From positions 1,056,001 through 1,120,000 of the forward strand of contig OZ252220.1 in assembly GCA_965249135.1 (NCBI GenBank): a stretch of 64,000 nucleotides of DNA, in the 5' to 3' direction. The position numbers were made by a program, and so were the translations under genes. Shown here piece by piece: positions 17,427-27,633 of this stretch; position 1 is the first letter of the stretch, and every line of letters starts with the position of its first letter. The notes beneath the pieces were generated by a model. The model had not been told where the DNA came from. It did no database searches and saw nothing but the letters and a program-made list of their open reading frames with translations. The stretch is from Alphaproteobacteria bacterium. Lineage in GTDB: Bacteria; Pseudomonadota; Alphaproteobacteria; GCA-2746255.

Positions 17427-18898
17427 CAGAAACTCCCCCGCAGCCTTGCTTCCGGGCCGATGCCGATGCCGTGGGTCCAGGTGGACCCGGCGGGGATCGT
17501 CATGCGGGCCGAATGATAGCGCGCCTTGTCCTCGTCGAATGGGCAGTAGCCGCCGGCCGTCATCGGCATCGGCGTCCCGAAACTGCGCGCCTCGGACTGC
17601 AGGTTCCGCCGGCCCAGCGCAATCTCAGGGGTGACGTCCGTCCCCTCGATCAGCGGCCAGGCACGTTTCACATAGGCCTTCTTGCCCGGGAAAATCTGGC
17701 CCTCGATGGTGTCCAGGGTCGCCTTCAGGTTGTTGCCGTCGAAGAAGGCGAGCTTATGGGACGAATCGAAGGTGCCGAGACGAACGGCGCCGCCGGTCCA
17801 CACACGGCTGTCCAGTGAAAAGGCAAGCGAATCGATGCCGCCGACGGCGTCCAGGCCCTCCAGGGTGTAGCCGGTGGTGAGCGCGCGTGCGAGAAGTTCG
17901 ACGTCGACCTCGGCATAGGCCCACCGGTTCGTCTGCCAGTTGAACATGATGATCGTGTCCGGCACCGGATTGGCCGAGGTAGGGAAGGCCCAGATGACGA
18001 GTTTGTTGATCGGATCGATGCCGGCGCAGACGCGGTTCGCGACCGAATCGTCGGCGTGGTCCCAGAACCAGCGGTCGACGCGCTCGCTGCCGATCGAATC
18101 GGACCTAACCCCGTTCTGGACGAAGAAGCCCTCTTCCGAGATGAAGAAGACGTTCCGGCCGTGGGCGATGACGGATTGCGGGAACGGCGTGCCGCGCCGC
18201 TTGTCGACGGGGTCGAAGCGGAAGATGGGTGGCGGCCCGACATAGGACATCCGGACGATCTGGCTCTCCAGGAAGACCAGGCCATAGTCGTAGCCGCCGA
18301 TGATCTTCTGGACCCAGCCGCCATCGGCCACGTCCTCGTAATCGCATTGCGTGGCCGCCGCCGGATCGAAGCCGGCCCCATCCCGGAAGGCGCTCCACCA
18401 CACCCGGTTCGGCACGTTGCCATCCGTCGCGTCGTTCGTGTTGCCGAGTACCAGGAAGGCGCGGATGGTGTCCATGTGCCGCGCCTTCGGCTTCAGGGCC
18501 GACGTGATGAGATCGGCGAAGTCGCCGCCGGCGCCCAGCGTCCGAAACTGAACCGGATCGGCCCAGTTCGTCGCCGCAATCAGATTGACGTAGCAGCAGA
18601 ATTCCCAGACCTCGTCGGCTGCCGTCGAATAACTGTCGGCCACCTTCGAGCGTTCCGTGAAGGTCTGGGCGGTGAGGTCATAGAGGTTCGTTGCCGTGCC
18701 GGCGATGACCTCTACATTGCCGGCCGAATCCCTGGCCGAAATCAAGCCGCGCGCCTGGGCGTCAAGGGCGTTGGTGAGCGAAACGAGATCCGGCAGCGGA
18801 CGATAGGTCTTGGCTGCAGGATAGACGTTCTTCATCTCCTGGGCGCCGCCCAACATGGCCGGCTGGTCCGGCATCCATTCTCCGAATTCGAGAATCAT
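17426..18898 (-). CDS. tail hub / packaged-DNA stabilisation protein (P22 gp10-like)
   Basis: FGEWMPDQP N-terminus, beta-propeller-like repeats, FSLDSRVW; paralogue at 62652-64000. Confidence 0.8.
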   Translation of the reverse strand: MILEFGEWMPDQPAMLGGAQEMKNVYPAAKTYRPLPDLVSLTNALDAQARGLISARDSAGNVEVIAGTATNLYDLTAQTFTERSKVADSYSTAADEVWEFCCYVNLIAATNWADPVQFRTLGAGGDFADLITSALKPKARHMDTIRAFLVLGNTNDATDGNVPNRVWWSAFRDGAGFDPAAATQCDYEDVADGGWVQKIIGGYDYGLVFLESQIVRMSYVGPPPIFRFDPVDKRRGTPFPQSVIAHGRNVFFISEEGFFVQNGVRSDSIGSERVDRWFWDHADDSVANRVCAGIDPINKLVIWAFPTSANPVPDTIIMFNWQTNRWAYAEVDVELLARALTTGYTLEGLDAVGGIDSLAFSLDSRVWTGGAVRLGTFDSSHKLAFFDGNNLKATLDTIEGQIFPGKKAYVKRAWPLIEGTDVTPEIALGRRNLQSEARSFGTPMPMTAGGYCPFDEDKARYHSARMTIPAGSTWTHGIGIGPEARLRGSF

Positions 18899-19524
18899 GC
18901 GGCCGGCACCGCCGGGCGGGACTGGATCGGCGCGCCTGAGAACCGGTCGAGTTCATCGGCGTCCTTCACGCGGGCCTTGAGGCCGGAGTAATAGGCCTGC
19001 CATACCGGAATCCGCTCGTCTTCCTGGATGTATGGTGCTGCATGGCGGCAGCCGCCGTAGAGGTAGAGCCCGCTGGCATTGCCGAAGATCCAGTTCGTGT
19101 CGGCGTCATCCAAAAGCGTGGCGAAGGCCTGCCAATAGAGGATCTTGCCGGTATAGGCCGTGTCCGGGATCGGCCCGAGGATGATCTCCTCGCCCTCGAT
19201 CGTGTAAGCCTTCGGCGGCCCGGTTTCCGTGGAGACGTACTTCGCCCAGAAGTCCATCGGTGCCAGGAGTTCCAGCGGCTTGTTCGGGCCGCCGGCGATG
19301 TAGATGCGGCGCATGCCCACGTAGCGCGAAGGCAGACCGATGTTGCGGTCCCCGGAAGCGATCGTGAGATCCGCCGTTTGCTCCATGGCGCGGATGCGGA
19401 GATCGAGGTTCACGTCGTCTTCGGCGAGCTTGATGAATTCCGGGATGCGGTTCGTAAGGTTGACCGCATCCTTCAGGATGTTCTCCATCGCCGTCTTCAA
19501 CTCGCCGTAATTTGTGAGCGCCAT
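18895..19524 (-). CDS. head-tail adaptor protein
   Basis: MALTNYGELK..IPEFIKLAE..LRIRAME..TNWI..LYLYG. Confidence 0.8.
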   Translation of the reverse strand: MALTNYGELKTAMENILKDAVNLTNRIPEFIKLAEDDVNLDLRIRAMEQTADLTIASGDRNIGLPSRYVGMRRIYIAGGPNKPLELLAPMDFWAKYVSTETGPPKAYTIEGEEIILGPIPDTAYTGKILYWQAFATLLDDADTNWIFGNASGLYLYGGCRHAAPYIQEDERIPVWQAYYSGLKARVKDADELDRFSGAPIQSRPAVPAA

Positions 19525-19527
19525 GGC

Positions 19528-19854
19528 TTAGACGTCCCCCGGTGAAGTTCGCAGGGCCAGATTTTCCCCGCTGTTCAGGAAGGCGCGGAAGCGGGCCTGG
19601 TCGAGGATCGCGCCGTCCGGCTTGAGGATCCCCTGCTTGGCGAGTTCCAGGATGACGGTCGTCGGGATCGAGGCAACGCTCTTCAAGGCCTTCGACTTGG
19701 AAACGCCATTCCCCCCGGTGCGAAGTTCGTGGTTCGCCTTAAGGATCGGCCCGGCGTCCTGGGCCGAGTGGAGGTAGAACTTGTCCTCGCTCCAATCGAA
19801 CTGGAACGTCGTGATGATCCCGCCATGCTGGTCGAAAAGATGCCGTGTCGTCAT
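19528..19854 (-). CDS. phage hypothetical protein
   Basis: ATG at 19854 after AAGGAGG; QDAGPILKAN..VASIP..FLNS. Confidence 0.65.
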   Translation of the reverse strand: MTTRHLFDQHGGIITTFQFDWSEDKFYLHSAQDAGPILKANHELRTGGNGVSKSKALKSVASIPTTVILELAKQGILKPDGAILDQARFRAFLNSGENLALRTSPGDV

Positions 19855-20274
19855 GGGCAGTCCAGGGCCTCCTTCACCGGTCTCAATCGAAATCGCCTGG
19901 CCGGCCGTCACGGTCGGCGTAGACGCCGCCGAAATGTTCTCGACGAGGACGTTGATGTAGCGTTCGTTGACGTTGATCTCATTGCCGGACGGGTCCTGCC
20001 AGGTCAATGGGTTAGGGTGTTTCTTGATTCGCAGAGGTGTTGACTATGTCAGCGCTGGGGCCTGCACGCGAAAATGGCGTCAAGAACAAGGCCGCCGCCG
20101 AGCTTGGCCGGCTGGGCGGTCAGGCGCGGGCGAAGAAACTGAGTTAAGAAACGGCGGGCGGAGATTGCCAGGAAAGCTGCAAAAAAAAGATGGAAAAAAG
20201 AGGAGTCTACTTGACACAAAACGAAGATTAGAGGAGTACACTTGTCACAGCTTGGGGCAAGCAGGATTCCAATA

Positions 20275-20943
20275 ATGATCGATTACTCAGCCCGCCTTTC
20301 AGCGGCATATCCGAAAACCACATATTCCGCGACGTTGCGCGGATTGAGGGAAGGCGCCGCCTTCGGCGACGAAGCAATTAAGGGCATACCAATGTTCGGC
20401 ACCCCTGTGGGCCGCGATCTTCGGGGGCTGGTACGCCGCGCGGGGGTACTGCATCGAATCCAGCAAATGTGTCGCGCAGGTGATCTACCTTTCCAATGTG
20501 AAATGATCCCTATGCCGCGAGGCAGTTGGCATTGGTTAGAACTATACAGCGCCAACATAATCTCGCATCCCGTTCGGACTGCCGATCATATTTCCTTCCC
20601 GGAAGACACTCCCAATCGCCAAGACCAGAGGACGCGGAATCAGGGGGGCTTATTTGAAGACGCCAATGTGGTTCCTGTCTCCAGTGAATCTACATTGTAC
20701 GCTTGGCTTTGCTATGGCGTAACTCGCAATGGTGCATTGACTCACGCGTGCTGGAACATGCCATCGGCGGCAAACGAAGAATGGCTCGCGCGCATTGACA
20801 TTTTGAACGCGGTTCGCGAGGAACAGTTATCTCAAGAGACGCCCTCAACGGAGAAAGTAGACCCAAGGGAAGCAATGAGCTTTAGGGACTCTATTGCCGC
20901 GACAATCGAGGGGCTAGACAAAGATAAAGATGAAAAAAAATGA
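20275..20943 (+). CDS. hypothetical protein, candidate RosmerTA-type toxin
   Basis: 222-aa ORF with ATGA coupling to an XRE-ImmA/IrrE gene; no known motif recognised. Confidence 0.65.
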   Translation: MIDYSARLSAAYPKTTYSATLRGLREGAAFGDEAIKGIPMFGTPVGRDLRGLVRRAGVLHRIQQMCRAGDLPFQCEMIPMPRGSWHWLELYSANIISHPVRTADHISFPEDTPNRQDQRTRNQGGLFEDANVVPVSSESTLYAWLCYGVTRNGALTHACWNMPSAANEEWLARIDILNAVREEQLSQETPSTEKVDPREAMSFRDSIAATIEGLDKDKDEKK

Positions 20944-22046
20944 GTGTCCCTTCGCGCATTCTACCCGAAAGAATTCGGGAGGCCCGAGAGTCGATTGGTC
21001 TTACCGATGAACAGTTTGCCGAGGAAATCGGCGTCACCCGTCAATCTGTGGGTCATTTTGAAACAGGTCAGTCTCGCCCAAGCGGAGAGACGTTCAGCAG
21101 AATAATTTCTGTCACCGGCCAACCGCCAAGTTTCTTCACGACAGCTCGCCATCGTGACAGGTTTCGCGTCCCGAACTGGCGAAGTCTTAAACGTATGCAG
21201 AGGCCGGATCGGCTCCGAATTGCCCGTAAGTTGGAGTGGGCTTACGACGTGGTCGAGTTCATAGAGCAGTTCATCAATCTGCCGCCCGTCAATATTTCGG
21301 AGAACGAATTTGACTATGAACGAGACGGTAACGAAAAGATCGAGTGTATTGCCGAGGAGTTGAGAGAAAGTTGGGGGCTAGGGGTCGGCCCCATCTCAGA
21401 CCTTCCGCCAACTTTAGAATATAACGGGATAATACTGATCCAATATCCTGTGGATTGTGAAGACATGGACGCCGTATCTCGCTGGCAAGGGGGGCGACCA
21501 TATATTTTGTACTCAAAGGACAACGAAAGTATACCGCGTTGCCTGTTCAACTTGGCGCACGAGCTTGGACACTTAGTGCTCCATAGCAGTGTCGAAGTTA
21601 ATAGCAAGAATCTCGACCGCATGGAGAGGCAAGCCAACAGATTTGCTGGCGCATTTCTATTACCTCGATCCTCATTCCCCACCGAAGTCGCCAGCACATC
21701 GATTGATTATTTTCTGTTTCTGAAAGAGCGGTGGAAGGTTTCTACGGCTGCAATGGTTTATCGTTGTAAAGAGCTAGGGATATTGAACATTAATCAAGTC
21801 AAATACTTGTGGAAACAAATGAACGCCCGACGTATTCGGAAGGTGGAACCGCTAGACCAAGCATTCCCGATTTCGGACCCAACAATATTAGAGTCTGCGG
21901 TCGAGATGCTGTTGGAGAATGGCGTTCAAAAGGCTTCTGAAATATCTGAGGCCCTCGCGCTCAATCCTAGAGATATTGAAACTTTGTGCGGATTACCAGC
22001 GGAGCGTCTAGAAACGAAAGTAGTACCCTTGCGACTTATAAACTAA
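20940..22046 (+). CDS. XRE HTH + ImmA/IrrE (M78) metallopeptidase, candidate RosmerTA-type antitoxin
   Basis: RIREARE..IGVTRQSVGHFETG HTH; FNLAHELGHLVLH; ERQANRFAGAFLLP. Confidence 0.9.
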   Translation: MSVPSRILPERIREARESIGLTDEQFAEEIGVTRQSVGHFETGQSRPSGETFSRIISVTGQPPSFFTTARHRDRFRVPNWRSLKRMQRPDRLRIARKLEWAYDVVEFIEQFINLPPVNISENEFDYERDGNEKIECIAEELRESWGLGVGPISDLPPTLEYNGIILIQYPVDCEDMDAVSRWQGGRPYILYSKDNESIPRCLFNLAHELGHLVLHSSVEVNSKNLDRMERQANRFAGAFLLPRSSFPTEVASTSIDYFLFLKERWKVSTAAMVYRCKELGILNINQVKYLWKQMNARRIRKVEPLDQAFPISDPTILESAVEMLLENGVQKASEISEALALNPRDIETLCGLPAERLETKVVPLRLIN

Positions 22047-22105
22047 ACTTTTTCTTGACGCCAAGCATGACTGGAGGTGGCAAGCTTTGCAACCGTTGCA
22101 GCGGG

Positions 22106-22381
22106 CTACAAAGCAGCGGCGGTTGTTGATCTGTATGAGTGATCTACATGGGGGTCAGCTTCTAGACGCTTACAATGATCGTAAATTATCTCGCCTAATA
22201 TCGTTAGGCTGACCCCCCATTTCCGCGCCAGCCATTCGAACGTCATCCCGCGTTCGTGAATCTCAAAACACAAGATTTCACCAAAACTATTCCCGCACCC
22301 TGTAGGCTGTGCCTCGTATTGCTCCTCTATCAAGCGGCGACAACGCTCAATATATGGTTCTTCGATGCCAAGTCTGATCAT
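22106..22381 (-). CDS. hypothetical protein
   Basis: ~91-aa ORF abutting the cassette end; may be truncated. Confidence 0.4.
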   Translation of the reverse strand: MIRLGIEEPYIERCRRLIEEQYEAQPTGCGNSFGEILCFEIHERGMTFEWLARKWGVSLTILGEIIYDHCKRLEADPHVDHSYRSTTAAAL

Positions 22382-22688
22382 TTTCAAACTGATGCACTAC
22401 CGAAAATTTTGCCCTCATCCGCCTTCTTCCGGATTCACAAAAACTTTTGTACCCAACAACGCTCTGGGCGCCATGGCCAAGGTGCCATAGAGGTTACAGC
22501 AGACTTCCGGAACGGCAACCCCCGCTCAGAACACGGCCTCCAGACGGCCAAGACGGTGAACAGCAGGAGGGCGGGCAAGCCCGCGAAGAGTTTTTTCATC
22601 GCTCCGTTTCTTAAGTGGAGAAAGGGAAGAAACGGCCCCACCCCCCAGGAAGGTAAGAGATGGGGCCGATCCTCAGCAGGGTTTCTGC

Positions 22689-23633
22689 TTACGAGGTTGT
22701 CAGATCCGCGACGATACCCGATGCCGCCTCATTGGAGGCCTGCAGCGTGTACTCGACGAGAAGCTGTTTGCGCTCGGTGTCGCCCGTCTTCGCAAGGTCC
22801 TTGATCTGGAAGGGCCGCAAGTAAGCGGTCTTCCACATGTCCTTCTGAAGAACAAGGGCAACGTCAGCAGGCTGGAAGCGGTTCGGAACCACATGCAGCA
22901 TTCCCCATTCCGATTCGTAGTAATCGATCGAGGAATGCAACGTGCGATGTTCCGCCTGCACTTCACGGATCGCGTTGCCGGTGAACGTCGAGATCTGGCC
23001 CTTGTTGAAAGAGCCGGTCATGACGCAATCCGGATCGCCACCCGCATCCCAGGCTGCCTGCAGAACCGTCTGAAGGAACGACTCCAAGAAGGCGCGGGCG
23101 GTGCCAGCTACCCTGGCATCCGTGCCATCCCCGGTCGGGGCCGTTCCACCGGAATCCTTGCTCTCGTTCGTTGCAATCCAGGAAACAATTCCAGCCAGCT
23201 CACGGGCGGTGGTGTCGTTACCGGCCACCTTGGCGTTGTTCGCAAGGAGCGAGGTTTCGATGTCGCGTTTGAGCTCCTTGGCTCGCTTCGCGGCCTGGTA
23301 GGACATTTCGTCGTCCCGGCCTGCCTTGAGAACCGCGTTTTGGGTGCCGGTCACACGCGGAACCTTGTCGGAGATCTGCGTGTGGTTTCCCCTTCGGACC
23401 GAAGCCGTGGCGGCATCCGTCGTGGCATCGTCGCCTTCGATCACCGCATTCGTACCGGATGCGGCAGCCAAGGTGTCGGTCTGCCATTCGTGATTGCTTG
23501 CCGTGGCTTCGCCCTTCGGGATGCCATTCAGGAACGGGGTATCCACCGGAGCGATGTTGTAGATGATGTCCGAGAGATCTTCCCGATTCCCGATGGCGTC
23601 GTAGGACGAAAACGTACTCGCCGGTTGGGCCAT
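22689..23633 (-). CDS. major capsid protein (DUF5309-like)
   Basis: GNREDLSDIIYNIAPVDTPF, HEWQTDTL, NHTQI, LAKTGD. Confidence 0.9.
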   Translation of the reverse strand: MAQPASTFSSYDAIGNREDLSDIIYNIAPVDTPFLNGIPKGEATASNHEWQTDTLAAASGTNAVIEGDDATTDAATASVRRGNHTQISDKVPRVTGTQNAVLKAGRDDEMSYQAAKRAKELKRDIETSLLANNAKVAGNDTTARELAGIVSWIATNESKDSGGTAPTGDGTDARVAGTARAFLESFLQTVLQAAWDAGGDPDCVMTGSFNKGQISTFTGNAIREVQAEHRTLHSSIDYYESEWGMLHVVPNRFQPADVALVLQKDMWKTAYLRPFQIKDLAKTGDTERKQLLVEYTLQASNEAASGIVADLTTS

Positions 23634-23685
23634 AGCCCTGTCCTTTCTTCATCGGGAAAGACCCAGGGCCGTTGGATGACTCGCT

Positions 23686-24834
23686 TTACGCGAAGCCCCC
23701 CTTTCTGAGGGCTGCGGCTGCGGAATCCGCCGTCTGGGTCTTTCGGTGATTGGAGATCGCAGCGCCGGCTTGATCGCGTTGGGCTTGGCCCTTCGGCTTC
23801 GGAGTTCCTGATTTCAGGTATTTCGGCTTGCCCGTGAGCTTCTTACGAGTGGCAGGAGCCTGGGCCTTGAGTTCCCGGTACGCGATGGCATCCTGCATCA
23901 CGGAGAACGCGCGGTGATCGCCGATTGCATCGAGATCGTTCCGCGTCAGTCCGTAATGAAGTTCCGCCTTGTCCTGGAACACCTGGCGGGTTTCCGCGCC
24001 CTTTACGGGGTCCACGAATTCCGGCCACACTTCGCCCAGCTTCACCAACTCCGCGTTCCGGTGCTCAAGTGCTTTGGCGGAGACGTGGGCGTTGTGCTGC
24101 TGGAAGTGAAGACCAAGTCCTTGCTTCTGTTCGTCGTATTGCTTTCGGGTTGCCTGAATCTTGTTCGAGACTTCCCGGTGATAGGCCGGGTCCATCTCGA
24201 AAAGCGTGTCCATGTCGATCGCTTCGACCTGGCCTTCAAACAGGGCCTCCGCAGCCTGGAGCTGACCCGTCACTTCGTTCAGCCATTGCTGCGTCGCGCC
24301 GGCGACTTGAGTCTGAACCGTTTCAAACTCCTGCTTCTCCTTAGAAAGCTGCGCCGTCTTTACGCGATAGTCTTTCTCCATCTGATGACCGTCTCGGAGT
24401 TCCGCTAAGGTGACTTCCGTCGTCTCGCCGTTCACCTTGATCGTCGTCTTCAGGGTGGAAAGGAGCGTTTTCTCGTCCATGCCCGGAATCTCTTCGGCCA
24501 AGGCGGCCAGCGTTTCTGGAAGTTCATAGGGCTCGTCTGGTTCTTCAGCTGGTTCCCCGTCCGGGGTTTCATCCTCGTCCGGGGTCTCGTCTGGCTCCTC
24601 TTCTTCCGCACCTTCGGGCGGGGTTTCCTCCGGGGTCCCGGCCGGCGGCGTTTCGCTCGCCGGCGTCTCCTCGGGGGTCTCCTCTGCCTTTGCAGGCGGC
24701 GTCTCGGGGTTGGCTTTCGGAGTTCGATCTTCGGAGGCGGGTGGCACTAAAGGCTCCGCCATGAATCCTGAGATCAGGCTTGCTGCGTTATCTAAAGAAG
24801 CGGCTCCCTCGGGGTTGGCCGGTTCGTTTGCCAT
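23686..24834 (-). CDS. capsid scaffolding protein
   Basis: Acidic Pro/Glu N-terminus, IKVNGETTEVTLAEL..DYRVKT; directly upstream of capsid gene. Confidence 0.8.
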   Translation of the reverse strand: MANEPANPEGAASLDNAASLISGFMAEPLVPPASEDRTPKANPETPPAKAEETPEETPASETPPAGTPEETPPEGAEEEEPDETPDEDETPDGEPAEEPDEPYELPETLAALAEEIPGMDEKTLLSTLKTTIKVNGETTEVTLAELRDGHQMEKDYRVKTAQLSKEKQEFETVQTQVAGATQQWLNEVTGQLQAAEALFEGQVEAIDMDTLFEMDPAYHREVSNKIQATRKQYDEQKQGLGLHFQQHNAHVSAKALEHRNAELVKLGEVWPEFVDPVKGAETRQVFQDKAELHYGLTRNDLDAIGDHRAFSVMQDAIAYRELKAQAPATRKKLTGKPKYLKSGTPKPKGQAQRDQAGAAISNHRKTQTADSAAAALRKGGFA

Positions 24835-24850
24835 CGGTCTTGCCTTTCTT

Positions 24851-25165
24851 CTAGCGGCTCCCGAACTTAGCGAGAAATTTCTGCAGGATCGGGTTGGCCA
24901 TGGGGGTAAGTCGCGGGTTCATCCCTGGTGGGCCATTCCCCCAGGGATCGATGTTCGTTGGGAAGGGTGGCGCCGGTGGCCTCTGTGGCGGCGGCGTCAT
25001 CATCGGGACGCCGTCCGGTCCTTGGTTCTGGCCTTGACCAAACAGGCCGGCGCCACTCATCAGCATTTGGGCGAAGGCGTTCGATCCGAAGATGCCGCCC
25101 ATTCCACCAGCGCCGCCAGAAGCGGCGGCCATGGCAACGGGTGGGATTGCTGGCAAAAATGGCAT
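24851..25165 (-). CDS. phage hypothetical protein (Gly/Pro-rich)
   Basis: TAATG coupling to the upstream gene; fills the operon gap. Confidence 0.55.
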   Translation of the reverse strand: MPFLPAIPPVAMAAASGGAGGMGGIFGSNAFAQMLMSGAGLFGQGQNQGPDGVPMMTPPPQRPPAPPFPTNIDPWGNGPPGMNPRLTPMANPILQKFLAKFGSR

Positions 25166-25512
25166 TAACTTGCCCTCCGGAAGCGGGATGGCTTGGTGGC
25201 ATCCCTGCCCTTTTTAAGGAACGGCTTGCGCGGCTCCTTCCCGGTTTTGAATGCGTTCAGTTGCCGGGCCGCCATGTCGCCGGTGTCCATGATGTCGATG
25301 AAGAACTCCTCGAACATCTTGAAGGCGAAGAGCGCCATGTAGAGACGTTCCCGCTCTTCCTGGTTGCGCGGCGCGGTCGCCTCCATCGCCTCATGGAGGC
25401 GCTTGCGGACCGCCTTGAAGCCTTCCTGCACCATCGGATGCGTGGCGAGCCTTTCGGCCTCGACGGCCCGGTTGACCTCTTGCTGGCGCTCAAACTGGTC
25501 GTTTTCGTTCAT
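25165..25512 (-). CDS. phage hypothetical protein (between portal and scaffold)
   Basis: MNENDQFERQQE..AERLATHP..EERERLY..TGDMA. Confidence 0.65.
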   Translation of the reverse strand: MNENDQFERQQEVNRAVEAERLATHPMVQEGFKAVRKRLHEAMEATAPRNQEERERLYMALFAFKMFEEFFIDIMDTGDMAARQLNAFKTGKEPRKPFLKKGRDATKPSRFRRAS

Positions 25513-25758
25513 GGCGTCAGGCCCGGCAGGTTTTGACGAATTTCGACGAAATTTGACGAGAGGACGCCGGCGGCCGCCCGCCGGCTTCCCATCAATAGGA
25601 CATCTTTTTCGAAGAGCGGCCCTTCTTGCCACTGTTCAGGGAGCGATCCTTGAGCTTGGACTCCGTGACGTTCGCGTTCGGCTTGAACCCTTGGTCAAGG
25701 TTGCCCTTGGATGCTCCCTTTGCCATCACGCGGCGCTTGCTTGCCATCGGTTTTCCTT

Positions 25759-27435
25759 TCAGGTCTGGGGGGAGGTGGAGCCGTTTCCGCCAGCCGGCTT
25801 CGGCGGCGGTGTCTCGTCGAACTCGACGGCCGTTTCTTCGAGCTTGGCGGCATCGAGCATGTTCTTGGCGGCCTTTATGTCGAACTCGCTCATGATCTTG
25901 GCCTGTTGCAGTTTGAAGTCGCCCTGCATCTTCGCCATCCCGCGCTGATGGACGAGCCTCATCTCGTCGCGTTTCCGCTTGTCCTTCATCTGCTCGACGA
26001 CGATTTTCGGGTCCGGCGCTTCCTGTTTCGGCTTCTGAGGCGGGGCCTTGCTCGGATCCTTGACGAACTTGTCCGGATGGCGGAAGCCGATCGCCCCGAC
26101 CATTTCCTTGACGGTCTCGTAGATTTCCTGCAGCCCGACCAGCGGACCGCCGGTGCCTTCCTGCATGAGGACGATCTTCTCCATCAGGCCCAGCATCAGC
26201 TGCAGGCCGGCCATGATTTCCGACTTGTCGCCATAGCCCAGGCCCACCGAAACCCGGGCATCCATGGAGGCGTTCCAGGCCCGGGGGTCAACCTCGGTCC
26301 ATTCGCCGCGCAACCGCACCGTGCGCGGGCGGTCCTGGTGGGAGACCATGATCTTCAGCATCTTCAGGAAGACGTCGCGGACGCCGGTCTCGGCCATGAT
26401 GCGCGCGATCAGCGCCAGCTTCTTGGCGCCCTGGCTGATCATGATCGACATGCCGCGCGCCGTCTTGGCGCCTTCGTTCAGGGAATCCGGGTCCAACCCC
26501 TGCTGGTAGCGCGACACGCCGGTGCGGCGTTCCCCGATCTCATCCAAGGCCTCGAGGATCGGCGCCACATAGCCGACCAGGGGCTGGGTGGTAAGCGGCT
26601 GGATGGCATCCGACGCCGGCCCTTCGCCATCGAAGCGGACCCCCTGGCCCACCCGGTTTGTCATGTAATCCTGGAGGTTCACGCCCTTCTTCAGGACGTG
26701 GCGGGCGTTGTTCACGTTGTACATGTTGTCGAGCCACTGGCGGAAGACCGTCGACTTGATCTCCTGCAGATCCATGGTGAGGTCCGCGATCGAGAGCCCG
26801 AAATAGCGGTGCGGGATCGGGATCGGGGTGACGCCGCAGAACGGGATGTCCTCGACTTCCTCGTTCGTGAGAATTCTGTAACTCGAAGAGCCGCCGACCA
26901 GGATCTTGCGAAGCTCGGTGATGCCGTCGCCGTCGAAATCGACCTGCATGTAGCATTCGTAGACCCAGATCTCGCGCATTGCTGCATCCATGGCCGTGGT
27001 GCCGATCGGCCACTGGTCTTCGGTGTTGAAGCGGGAGAGTTTTTCCTGGTTGTATTGCTGTTCGTCCGAGGACGGCAGGCTATCGATGACATCCTGGGAG
27101 ATGCCCATCTCGAGGAGGCCGGACGCCGTATATTCGACGCGCTGGGCGCAGAAGGGCGGGATCTCGACGGAAAGCGACTTCGCCCGCCTCGAGATCAGGA
27201 ACTCTTCCGGCGGGACGCTCTCGACCGCGACCCGCCCGCCAGGCCGCGTGATCTTGAATTTGAGGTCGTGTTCGAGCGGGATGCCGAGGGCGTGCAGCAG
27301 CTCCTCCGCCTGCTCCCATTTCGAGACCTCGCCGGTCTTGCTGACGCCGTAGAGCTTCTTCAACTCTTCGCCTTCCGGCAGCAGCCGCAGCTTCGCCATC
27401 AGCTCTTCGGAGATGCGCGCCGTGTGTTCAAGCAC
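25759..27435 (-). pseudogene. portal protein, 5'-truncated
   Basis: VESVPPEEFLI, YECYMQVDFDGDGITELR, PIPIPHRYFGLS, RTGVSRYQQGLD; sequence beyond ~27445 is host DUF427. Confidence 0.85.
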
Positions 27436-27442
27436 CTCCGAA

Positions 27443-27616
27443 TCGTACTCGGCCAGGATCGGGGGTAAGGACTATCCGGACATCGCCTGGGTCTACGCGG
27501 CGCCGGCCTTCGAATTCCCGGAGATCGCGGGGCGGCTTGCCTTCTTCAACGAGCGCGTCGATGGCATCTTCGTCGATGGGATGCGGATGGCAAAGCCGAA
27601 GACGCCGAGGACGTAA
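27443..27616 (+). pseudogene. DUF427 protein C-terminal fragment
   Basis: YSARIGGKDYPDIAWVY..P..EIAGRLAFFNERVD; no 5' part. Confidence 0.7.
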
Positions 27617-27633
27617 GGAGGCTTGAACGCCCT

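Larger units (their letters stand above)
20016..22401. mobile_element. AT-rich cassette, probably a transposase-less IS1-like element with cargo
   Basis: Composition shift inside the head module; right end TTTCAAACTGATGCACTACC; frameshifted basic ORF (KAAAELGRLGGQARAKKLS/KKRRAEIARKAAKKRW) at ~20046-20214; left boundary approximate. Confidence 0.5.
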
